Shown here: positions 10,601 through 16,968 of the stretch, one piece after another
How positions within the stretch are numbered: the first letter of the stretch is position 1
Layout: each line of letters begins with the position of its first letter
Translations under genes and position numbers: made by a program
NCBI GenBank assembly: GCA_946549035.1
Contig: CAMNQH010000007.1
Coordinates: 7,739-71,738 of the forward strand
Origin: an uncultured Lachnospiraceae bacterium
Lineage (GTDB): Bacteria > Bacillota > Clostridia > Lachnospirales > Lachnospiraceae
Direction of reading: 5' to 3'
DNA length: 64,000 nucleotides
Notes under the pieces: model-generated
Seen by the model: only the letters and a program-made list of their open reading frames with translations
What the model was told of the DNA's origin: nothing
The model's database searches: none

Positions 10601-13600
10601 TTTCAAATTCAGTCCGGCAATCCCGCCGATATAATCCAAGGCGCCGTTTCCAAAATGATCCTCCAGTCTGCAGCCAAAAATTCCTCCGGCATTAAATCCC
10701 ACAATCCCTCCAAGACCTACAAATCCATTCATGCTCCCGGTATTTGCGCAGTGATCGATCACCTGATTTTTTAAATTTGCACTGATGACGCCTCCTGCCA
10801 TACACACATAAAGGCCCTCAAGCTCCTCCTCTTCCTCCTGCGTCAACGGAGAATTTCCCCCTCTGTCCAGATATTGCTTCAAAGACACCCCTTGGGATTC
10901 TCCCTCTTCCGAAAGCTTGGAAATATTTCCGTCGTTTCTGCAGTTTCGCAGTACCAGCCTGCTTTCTTCCTCACAATAACCTACGATGCCCCCGGTGTAA
11001 ATATGGGAACGGATGGGAATGTTGTTTCCCGCATACTGCAGCGCTTCCTCTGTATTCCTGTGATCTGTAATGGTAAGAACACAGGTATTTTGGGAGGAAA
11101 CGGCTCCTACAGGAATATTTCCTTCTCCCAATTTTGGAAGCAGAGATGTCTTCTCTGGTTCTTCCCCCTTCGCCGACGACAACAGCCGCTCCAGTAAAAC
11201 CACTTCCTGTACTTCCTGATCTTCTTGTAGCTGTTCTTTTGTAAAAGTTCTGTGATAGCCTATCAAACCTCCGGTAAAGGCTTCTCCCATAATACTGCCC
11301 AAACCATTATTTGCCCGAAGTCCTCCTATTGTCACATCGTTTTGCAAATCTACTACATTTGCCCCGATGACGCCGCCTACGCAAGAGGCGCCCCGGACAC
11401 TGGAGGGCTTAATCTCCAATTCCTTCGTCAGGATATCCTGGGAAGTATTAACGCCTATACAGCCTCCCGCTCCCATTCCGTACGCATAAATCCGGCCGCC
11501 AATCAACGTATATTCCACATCCAGGGAACCTTTTTCATCGTTAAAGCCAACGACGCCTCCTACAAAGTTTTGCCCTACCACCACAGTTGACACAGATTTT
11601 ACGGTAATGGCCTCACTTGCCTCCTGAAAGATGATTTTCCCATTGTTGTAGCCGGCCAGCCCGCCGGCGCAATCTGCCGTGGCTTTCCATTGGGATACGA
11701 TCATTTGAAAAATTATACCGCCGTAATCAGAAAGGTAACTGGCGCAATCCTGAAGTACACCTTTTTCTCCGTTATAGCCTACAATGCCTCCTACATAGCG
11801 TTCATATCCTGCCACTACGCCATTGTTAATACAGTTGGAGATGGTAATCTCATCCGCCGCGCCGTCGTTCTTTCCCAGGATGCCCCCCACATAGCTGTTG
11901 CCGATCACATAGCAGGCGTTGGTAGTCACTCCGATTCCTTCTGCTGCGGTAATGGCATGTTTCACATCGTTGGACAATCCTCCTGCAATGCCGCCCACAT
12001 AATCGGATCCCAGAATATAGCCTCCCATTTTGGTACTGCAGCCGGTAAGCTGGCTGCTGCTGCCATAGCCAATGATTCCTCCCACATACTGGCCTGTCAA
12101 AAGATGTTGATCCGCCTGGGTATAACCCGTGTTACTATAACGGCCCGGGGCGCTGATACAATCCTGAATCTGAAGGTTTTGGCCAAATCCAAGAATCCCT
12201 CCGAAGTATCTCCCCTCCAACAGGCCCTCTTCTTTTTTATGCCCTACGCTGCAGCGGATCTTCCCGTCGTTTTCACAATCCTGTATTCCCGGCTGTAAGG
12301 TATCCTCTTCCTGGCTTGCCTGGTAACCGCCCTGCATATAGCCGCCGATTCCTCCGGTAAAAAGATTGCCTTTCATATTGGCATGATTGATGCATCCTAT
12401 CACTGTGATCTCGTCTTGTACCCAGGCATATCCAAAGATTCCTCCTATGCCGTATTGATACTGCAGCGCCCGGCTTTCTGTATCCTCCGCCTGCTCCTGT
12501 TTCGGCTCTGGCAGCCTTCCGGTCACTTCCCCTTCCATGGTAAGATTTTGGATGACGGCATCGCTGCTCTCCGTCAGGGGCGTCAGCTTTCCTTCTGAAT
12601 CTTCCTCAGCCAAAATTCCTATCATTCCTCCGATGGCGGCCGGATCTTCCTCTTGTAACCCGGACGCATGATCCCTCTTTGGAAACCATACTTGAAGGGT
12701 TTTTTCTCCCTTTATCGTCACCTGTATGGAAATATCCGATAATTTCCCCTGGCTTCTGCCGCACAGGATTCCCACGCCATACAAATGGAAGAATTTTTCC
12801 GCCGCTTTGGCATTCTCCCCCTCCTCTCCCAAGGCGAGAACCGGATCCTGGAGCACCAGGTTTTGAATCTCTCCTTCCACTTCTCCAAACAGCCCCAGAT
12901 AGCGGGAATAAGGCTTATCTACGCTTTCCTGGTACATGCTGTCAATAAATGCATCCTCCGGCAGGGAACCCTCCCCCAGGCGCAAACGGCGGATCCTGGT
13001 TTTTTCTCCCTTGCCCTGGAGCACATGATTTTCAGAAAGCAAAGGTATCGTCGGAAAATGTACTGCCGGATCCTCCGTACTTTGCCAGGAAAGCGCCCGC
13101 TTCTCATGCTCTCCTTGAGACAGCGCCGCGTCATACAGTCCCGTCCCGGAAGCCATCCAGTCCAGGTTCCGGCCGTTTAAAGTAAATACGGCTTTCTTTT
13201 GCTCTTCATAACAGCGTATGTTGGAAAGATGCCGAAACCGGGTGATTTCTGCCTCAAGCGTCCCTTCCTCATCCAGACTTCCGGCCTGATACAAGGTATT
13301 CGCCTCATTGGAACGCATGGGGCTTCCAGGACGGTATTCCCGAAAATCCCCCGTGCTGTGTTCATACACCGGCTTTGTCTGGATAACTGCATAGATATCG
13401 CAAGGCAAAGATAATTGAGGAAGGAAGGCTCCCAAACGGGTAATGCTGGTGCTGTACTCTTTGGCCAGCGCTTCTCCCTGACCGGCTTGTTCTGCTGCAT
13501 AAAGCCGTTCCATCAATTCCGGGGACATCATAGCGTCTAACACCAGAGAAAATTTACCGTTCTGCCCCTCCCTGGCCTGGTAGGTCAAGGGAAAATACCA

Positions 13601-14464
13601 CACCGCAGCATCTCCGCCTATTGCATTGCCCTCCCGGTCTTTCAGCTTCAGCCCGGCAACCTGGTTCTCGTTGGCTCCCGCCGCTTTTAAGTCATACCAG
13701 TTCACCCAAGTAGAAAACAGCTCTTCTTGAGACCCACTTTCATAAAATGTAATCTCATATTCCACATCCAGATTATCGTGCCTGGAATTGCCGGACCAGT
13801 TCAGGGACAAGGTTTCCCCATTTACAAGACTGATGGTGGTGACTTTTAACCTGGCAGGCTTTAAATCCACCACATTGGCCAGATCCTCTGTAGAATAATA
13901 GCCCAAAAGACGTTGCCTGCGGCTCCCATAGATCCGGTTCTCTCCTTTTGCGCTGATGCTTTGTATCCCCTCCTGGCTTGTATCACCGTATGAGAGGGAC
14001 TTGCATCTGGTTGCATAAAAGGCTGAATATACCTGGCCTGTCTCAATATCAATTTCCACTGCGATGGCAGCGTCCAAAAAATCCTTATCATAAATACTGT
14101 CTGACAAAAGTTTGCGTACCAGTTCCTGAGAAGGGGAATTTTCTCCGGCGCTTTTGCTGTTTAGGGTAATTGCATAGATACGGCCGTTTTTTTCCGATTC
14201 TTCCTCCTCAAAGGTATCGTTGCACATTCCGTCCCTTACCACTTCCCTGCAGAAATCTTCCCATTGTCCGCTGCTGCGATACCACGTCAAAGCAGATTCT
14301 GCAGCCAAATAAACCGTCTTGGCATTGGATTCATTTTTTCGGAACTCCGCCAGCTTCTGATATTTGATTCCCATAGGAATCGCGATTGCCGCCAGCACCA
14401 CAAGAATCACCAATGTCACGCAAACCTCGGTAAGTGTAAATCCTTTTTTTGCCATTTTATTCAT
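4694..14464 (-). CDS. giant prepilin-type N-terminal cleavage/methylation domain protein with GLUG-type repeats and C-terminal beta-sandwich-like modules
   Basis: Uninterrupted reading frame of 3,256 aa from ATG 14464 (MNKMAKKG|FTLTEVCVTLVILVVLAAIAIPMG; alternative ATG at 14455). The central part is full of xVGGIxGxNxG units. The C-terminal third is made of modules separated by proline-rich joints (RLPRPAQPSV, ERIPTPQVTW, LPKDKPSITL). No LPXTG at the C-terminus. Confidence 0.85.
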   Translation of the reverse strand: MNKMAKKGFTLTEVCVTLVILVVLAAIAIPMGIKYQKLAEFRKNESNAKTVYLAAESALTWYRSSGQWEDFCREVVRDGMCNDTFEEEESEKNGRIYAITLNSKSAGENSPSQELVRKLLSDSIYDKDFLDAAIAVEIDIETGQVYSAFYATRCKSLSYGDTSQEGIQSISAKGENRIYGSRRQRLLGYYSTEDLANVVDLKPARLKVTTISLVNGETLSLNWSGNSRHDNLDVEYEITFYESGSQEELFSTWVNWYDLKAAGANENQVAGLKLKDREGNAIGGDAAVWYFPLTYQAREGQNGKFSLVLDAMMSPELMERLYAAEQAGQGEALAKEYSTSITRLGAFLPQLSLPCDIYAVIQTKPVYEHSTGDFREYRPGSPMRSNEANTLYQAGSLDEEGTLEAEITRFRHLSNIRCYEEQKKAVFTLNGRNLDWMASGTGLYDAALSQGEHEKRALSWQSTEDPAVHFPTIPLLSENHVLQGKGEKTRIRRLRLGEGSLPEDAFIDSMYQESVDKPYSRYLGLFGEVEGEIQNLVLQDPVLALGEEGENAKAAEKFFHLYGVGILCGRSQGKLSDISIQVTIKGEKTLQVWFPKRDHASGLQEEDPAAIGGMIGILAEEDSEGKLTPLTESSDAVIQNLTMEGEVTGRLPEPKQEQAEDTESRALQYQYGIGGIFGYAWVQDEITVIGCINHANMKGNLFTGGIGGYMQGGYQASQEEDTLQPGIQDCENDGKIRCSVGHKKEEGLLEGRYFGGILGFGQNLQIQDCISAPGRYSNTGYTQADQHLLTGQYVGGIIGYGSSSQLTGCSTKMGGYILGSDYVGGIAGGLSNDVKHAITAAEGIGVTTNACYVIGNSYVGGILGKNDGAADEITISNCINNGVVAGYERYVGGIVGYNGEKGVLQDCASYLSDYGGIIFQMIVSQWKATADCAGGLAGYNNGKIIFQEASEAITVKSVSTVVVGQNFVGGVVGFNDEKGSLDVEYTLIGGRIYAYGMGAGGCIGVNTSQDILTKELEIKPSSVRGASCVGGVIGANVVDLQNDVTIGGLRANNGLGSIMGEAFTGGLIGYHRTFTKEQLQEDQEVQEVVLLERLLSSAKGEEPEKTSLLPKLGEGNIPVGAVSSQNTCVLTITDHRNTEEALQYAGNNIPIRSHIYTGGIVGYCEEESRLVLRNCRNDGNISKLSEEGESQGVSLKQYLDRGGNSPLTQEEEEELEGLYVCMAGGVISANLKNQVIDHCANTGSMNGFVGLGGIVGFNAGGIFGCRLEDHFGNGALDYIGGIAGLNLKEDGTNLVYREPKEGGREWVYHSGTIAECSTQGQRTITGSSYVGGIVGYNMTGGFLSENRSEASVTAEGDYAGGIAGVNKGTIVVGEDAGTGARTIQGMNGMGIGGIAGRNQGDILVTAQGTTGKEIVAVGEAVTVTGREKVGGIAGIQEGSLNAQRGYLVCKAALIQAKEGYAGGIAGENFGAVSRAINRSGRVTANQGPAGGIVAVNQTGILLEECQGLGNVNSDNGYAGGITAENYGTVKDCSVGGGAASMEIRSLKKTQLGGICAVNHGLIEQSRTLTDVVLSGDGDTIGGITGENLGIISNLSAVCMPKINVSAGNLTVGGAAGKNRGQIQRISAVGLDFLGFDNYRFLGGIAGINQEEGTIAECSLEEGSLMEERGIAGNCYGGIAGDNYGSLTDCEVLNLTMEIKGVYTATSTSTSAQKEKLATHIGGVAGKNEETGRIEGCLISGSDCRMEINNGMAGGVVGYNKGTISRSGDASTKELMANLTGQPSDRADTLLSNAQALGISSDDSYVRWNSQAGVSIEQLSYENGDGILAGKSLILTMHVNGSLGGITAYNAPEGRVNYCATGNWYLNNGSDAIGVGTGGIIGMNESESDQSFLLNRAFVGRQISSQDTNRFAGGIIGNQNNTTKEGWKLKGCFNYGTVYCLRTHYSGGILGQWTGTGGTIEECNNFGNLQTTYEAGWVGASGGIVAQLYHAYEGGEYNIISCGNYGNIYGRTGASNTGCANDSAGILGNITAYEAGEGQGQNYTVQVLDCVNGSGVEIYSASMASGIVGFLSCDNPRSQAQIGAATQNITLRMERCRNYAKVLKGGGGNKFVGGIFGERYSKVGAEHTYIKDCYSVNPISAGTYENRNYPIISYTTNNGNVPYLNAKDNYFLCDIGGGNSGYDSFKILEQNGYTVKAAPDNLTRADTSCIYRVDIDEKSYVARITPDSSVTRQQLTLVNDRIYGNGNEIGEILFPIDKTQEPDASYQRLLDVLQKGSNFDDHVRNAYYKVEDTNILLQDEVPKGVKMQAPMEVSFLRAGSQATVAVTPADGTDPFRYTADLYVKKGEETELITSGITFYTEEYSFTLPKDAVKEGEPFVVVRAHSMFQEVESSEPVSSDELAGEVLLPSPEICIELNRDGRGYRFRLLNQEEYPQDKEWEISVKFMDGTPKLTGVPDQEGYFGTLIPARDSLQQLLVQAVPKDQTLLPSAQVPVPVYLPKDKPSITLDEANYGRGKAKPKVTLSGTNLSDLKITVTLDAAGSGTVTTPPVYRVELMGTWTGEDGREYPDTVLLSRDILAAANGAATADFGNLPDYARNMKDWKVRIWYAQSGLGPVYTYCAATEEDANIRMLYMEEEGGEVKPRWEYAYSSVLESNALKQDCSWSLGDLFQWKKPSLMEAEGGLTPEFDENNHLTYTFRWDEKPGEYQNGDRYLVSLVGVNGSSRVSLVTNQEVSGNSFTSDAQQWTYEKVELTVTSIGDVKSGRVGLSDTRTYLVGQRLPRPAQPSVENPNVNELVYSIAWSPIRPETGCGSYGIYLRPYEADGSLGLPVKLEEASVQEQEGDRYEKKLDLSGYQGQRILLYLIAQAEPGSLRYVDSLEGITYELTVPERIPTPQVTWEKSWEYDPDLPLSVQGFENAEDPDGNSLNIGVIPDKGSIPPGDSGYLLKAYVFEREEEALMAKQQIEAGMEPSQGVLTTYPAQDETGELSPVQMDVHPGNRYSHTLTGLSSSYGGKWILCSVRISSGGGQVSSQWTVNTDIWRLPYVELEKPEVSLMSQQRELEVTDTTNPDLPQMQKWQAERIAFCWDSGNLADAYYVTLKQKSGAVLNIRVIEQQENGSVAVYVQNGQTGEEPLWEARMMEQETEEGLWSFELPEYGISLDRTYTQAGITYYYQVQMNARLEVRQKEGGGYTYTLLLPDAQSLTTEGGVSITETDLTATSSVSVRADVAQNAPDLFPGQPSDAYRPSKETEASLGN
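8100..12640 (-). repeat. coding repeat region: about 35-40 degenerate GLUG-type units
   Basis: By-eye count of GG[ILV]xG cores spaced about 25-40 aa apart, running from GGMIGILAEE (near 12620) to VGGIFGERYS (near 8130). Examples: VGGIAGGLSN, VGGIVGYNGE, AGGIAGENFG, IGGITGENLG. The repeats are conserved at protein level only; the DNA units are divergent. Confidence 0.7.
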
Positions 14465-15773
14465 GCTTTTCGTAATACTCCCTCTTATCTTTATACATTC
14501 TGTCGTCTGCTTTTGCAATCAGCCGGTCCAAATCCGTCCTGCCGTCGGGGCTCCACACGCAGCCCACAGCCATCCTGGCCTCTTGCTCTTCTCCTTTACG
14601 TTTTACTGCTTCCATCCGCCGCAGCAGCTCTTCATGTTCAATTCCCGGACAAAGGACAAGAAATTCGTCTCCCCCAATGCGAAACAGGGCGTACTCTTTC
14701 AGTTCTTCCTTCAAGCAGCGGCAAGCCCGCAGCAGAAGGCGGTCCCCGGCCTGATGTCCCTGGGTGTCATTGATTTTTTTTAATCCCATTACATCGCAGT
14801 ACAAAACTCCAACGCTCTCTTCCTTTCCAAGGGAAGCAATATATTCGTGCATGGCGTGACGGTTTCCAACCTCCGTCAGCTGATCGTAGTAGCTCATCTG
14901 TTCCAGGCTTCGAACCAGATTTCTTCTCCGCAGCAGGGAAACAATAAAATGGCCCACAATCTGAAACACGGAAGAAATATGATCCATATATCTTCCGGGA
15001 GGATTATCAATCCCATAAAATCCAATGATCCTTTTTTTATCAACCAAAGGGCTCACTACCAGAGACTGAATTCCTTGAGGGTATAAATAGCTATAAAGTC
15101 CAAGATCCTTCTGTCCCACGTCTTCCACATCATGAACCAGAACGTTTTCCCCGTTTTTAAATCTCTGATACCACAGCTTCGGCACTTCCTGAGAAATATT
15201 TTGCAAATTCTCTATTTGCCGGCTAACGCCATTTGCACACCATTCATATGTATTGGACAGCTTTCCTTCTCTTGTCTCTTCAAAAATATAAACCCGCTCT
15301 CCCCGAAGGAATTGCCCCAGGCACTCCACCAGCCTGAGAATCGACTTTTCCGGCTTATCTGCCTGGAGGGAAATCCGCAGCACTTCATTTACCATAGCGT
15401 TGGCGCTGTTCATTTCCATCTGGGGTTCCTTCTGCCATCCTACATCTCCCTGGTCTATGGCCAGTTCAAACCGGTAACGCCTGCCATTTTCTTCGATGAC
15501 AGTACATTTCCGTTCCAATAATTTTCCCAAAACAGGATGGCACTGCCTCCACTCCAGAAACTGACCGGGGCGCAGGGAAGCATTCTCACACGCGGCGCAG
15601 GGAAGGGCACAGCCCTGAAGCGTCTGATAGCATTTTTTTCCCATGTATGCTGTTCCCTCCAAACCGTAAGCTTCCCGCCCCCGGGCATTCACATATACCA
15701 GCCCATAATTGTCCAAATCCACCACATAGACAATCTCATTCATATTTTCATAAAGTTCCCATATCTTGCTCAT
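14457..15773 (-). CDS. PAS/GAF-containing diguanylate cyclase (GGDEF domain)
   Basis: C-terminal YYDQLTEVGNRHAM...DVMGLKKINDTQGHQAGD...FRIGGDEFLVLC is a complete GGDEF domain with an intact GGDEF motif. Start uncertain: ATG 15773 (MSKIWELYENMNEIVYVVDL...) is preferred over the track's 15845. The stop TAA at 14457-14459 overlaps the giant ORF's start. Confidence 0.85.
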   Translation of the reverse strand: MSKIWELYENMNEIVYVVDLDNYGLVYVNARGREAYGLEGTAYMGKKCYQTLQGCALPCAACENASLRPGQFLEWRQCHPVLGKLLERKCTVIEENGRRYRFELAIDQGDVGWQKEPQMEMNSANAMVNEVLRISLQADKPEKSILRLVECLGQFLRGERVYIFEETREGKLSNTYEWCANGVSRQIENLQNISQEVPKLWYQRFKNGENVLVHDVEDVGQKDLGLYSYLYPQGIQSLVVSPLVDKKRIIGFYGIDNPPGRYMDHISSVFQIVGHFIVSLLRRRNLVRSLEQMSYYDQLTEVGNRHAMHEYIASLGKEESVGVLYCDVMGLKKINDTQGHQAGDRLLLRACRCLKEELKEYALFRIGGDEFLVLCPGIEHEELLRRMEAVKRKGEEQEARMAVGCVWSPDGRTDLDRLIAKADDRMYKDKREYYEKHE

Positions 15774-16069
15774 GTTTTTCTTTTGTGCCGCCTCCTTACG
15801 GCCTAGGAAAGATGGCCTCGATTTCATGAAATTTTTTTGTATCATACCATGTCCACCCCTGAACGAAGCAAGATATTTTTTTGTATTTTGACATTAATTT
15901 TCGCCCTTGTATAGTGATTCTGCAAAACTGTAAAGGTATTGCGTATATTTGGTTAGAGGAATTTTTAAAAGCTTTGAAATACGTCATATACGTACCCTGT
16001 TTTTTGATATATGAATCAAAGGGTAGTATCTAATGAGGGTAATCCTCCTTAAATATAAAACGGTTTTTT

Positions 16070-16077
16070 TGTATAAT
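16070..16077 (+). promoter_or_regulatory. extended -10 element (TGTATAAT) upstream of the kinase gene
   Basis: TGTATAAT lies 37 nt upstream of ATG 16114. No clear -35 element. Confidence 0.3.
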
Positions 16078-16113
16078 GAAACTAATAAATGAAACACGAT
16101 TGGAGATTACATT

Positions 16114-16686
16114 ATGGCGAAATTAATTATACTCAGAGGAAATTCTGGAAGCGGAAAGACTTCCATTTCCAAGGCGCTTCAGGAAAAATTCGGCCCCAAT
16201 ACCATGCTGCTCTCACATGATATGGTCCGTATGGAAATATTACACGTATGGAGTACCGAAGGGATTATAAAATCAGAACCGTTGATGATACATCTGTTGA
16301 AATACGGGAAACAGCATTCAGAAATTACAATACTGGAAGGTGTTCTCCCAGCGAAAGAATACCATAGATTATTTGAAACTGCCGTGGAAGAATATGGTAG
16401 CAATATTTATGCATATTATTATGATTTGCCCTTTCAGGAAACCCTGCTCAGGCACAATACAAAACCGAATAAAAATGATTTTGGCGAAGAGGATATGAAA
16501 CGATGGTGGAGAGAAAAAGATTTTTTGCCAATGATTTCGGGGAAAATTCTATCTAAAGATATCAGTTTTGAAGAAACGGTTCAAATGATCTATAATGAAG
16601 TAAACAAAATCATAGAACACAAAGACAACCCCCAGGAAAGGAAGCGTTATCCATGCCGGCATTACAGCCGCAGCTCACCTCTTTAG
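16114..16686 (+). CDS. P-loop kinase-like protein (AAA_33 / zeta-toxin-like fold class)
   Basis: MAKLIILRGNSGSGKTSISKAL is a Walker A motif at the extreme N-terminus, and the size (about 190 aa) is typical of small-molecule/nucleotide kinases. AT-rich relative to the flanks. The 3' tail overlaps the Uma2 remnant. Confidence 0.6.
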   Translation: MAKLIILRGNSGSGKTSISKALQEKFGPNTMLLSHDMVRMEILHVWSTEGIIKSEPLMIHLLKYGKQHSEITILEGVLPAKEYHRLFETAVEEYGSNIYAYYYDLPFQETLLRHNTKPNKNDFGEEDMKRWWREKDFLPMISGKILSKDISFEETVQMIYNEVNKIIEHKDNPQERKRYPCRHYSRSSPL

Positions 16687-16914
16687 AGCAGTATGAAGCT
16701 CTCCCAGAGAATATTAGAGCAGAAATCTTTGATGGACAAATTTATTATCTGGCCAGTCCACCACAGGAGCATCAGACAATTTCCATGGAACTTTCCACCA
16801 TCCTTAACACTTATACTAAATATCCAGTATTCCTTTGAATCCACAATCAAGGTCAATATTTTTGACGATCTGCTGATCGATTTCTCGGAAATTGCTGGTC
16901 CTCTGAATATTTAG
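16653..16914 (+). pseudogene. Uma2-family (DUF820) endonuclease remnant with an internal deletion/frameshift
   Basis: An N-terminal Uma2-like stretch (LTSLEQYEALPENIRAEIFDGQIYYLASPPQEHQTISMELSTILNTY) stops at 16838. A Uma2-like C-terminal end (VNIFDDLLIDFSEIAGPLNI*) follows in another frame to 16914. Only about 260 nt are left for a family that I recall as about 180-200 aa. Confidence 0.55.
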
Positions 16915-16950
16915 TCAAAAGAAAAGGCATGCGCTCACCTGCATATGCCT
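16914..16950 (-). terminator. probable rho-independent terminator after parC
   Basis: On the minus strand: AGGCATATGC...GCGCATGCCT stem followed by TTTTCTTTTGA. Confidence 0.45.
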
Positions 16951-16968
16951 GTTCTCCCGTCTATAAAA

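Noticed and set aside
8100-12640. Possible CRISPR or DNA-level tandem array, given the strong periodicity.
   Set aside because: The periodicity exists only at amino-acid level. I saw no conserved nucleotide repeats of 25-40 bp separated by unique spacers, and the region is one coding frame.
4694-14518. Dozens of plus-strand and alternate-frame ORFs of 60-200 aa inside the giant gene (for example 8207..8791, 10035..10394, 11690..12298, 12785..13180).
   Set aside because: They lie entirely within a 9.8-kb uninterrupted minus-strand frame with clear protein repeats. Their translations are low-complexity (P/S/A/I-rich) mirror images of GGN/ATT-rich codons, with no ribosome-binding sites. They are shadow ORFs.
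14457-15845. Longer form of the cyclase ORF (MIQKNFMKSRPSFLGRKEAAQKKN...).
   Set aside because: The extension has no ribosome-binding site and adds a non-conserved-looking basic tail. ATG 15773 begins the PAS-like domain. The start remains uncertain, so it is reported with that caveat.
15774-16113. Looked for a c-di-GMP riboswitch or other leader RNA upstream of the cyclase/pilus operon.
   Set aside because: I could not recognise GEMM-I/II core sequences or a convincing terminator/antiterminator. There are only AT-rich promoter-like DNA and a weak 5-bp stem. A covariance-model scan is needed for certainty.
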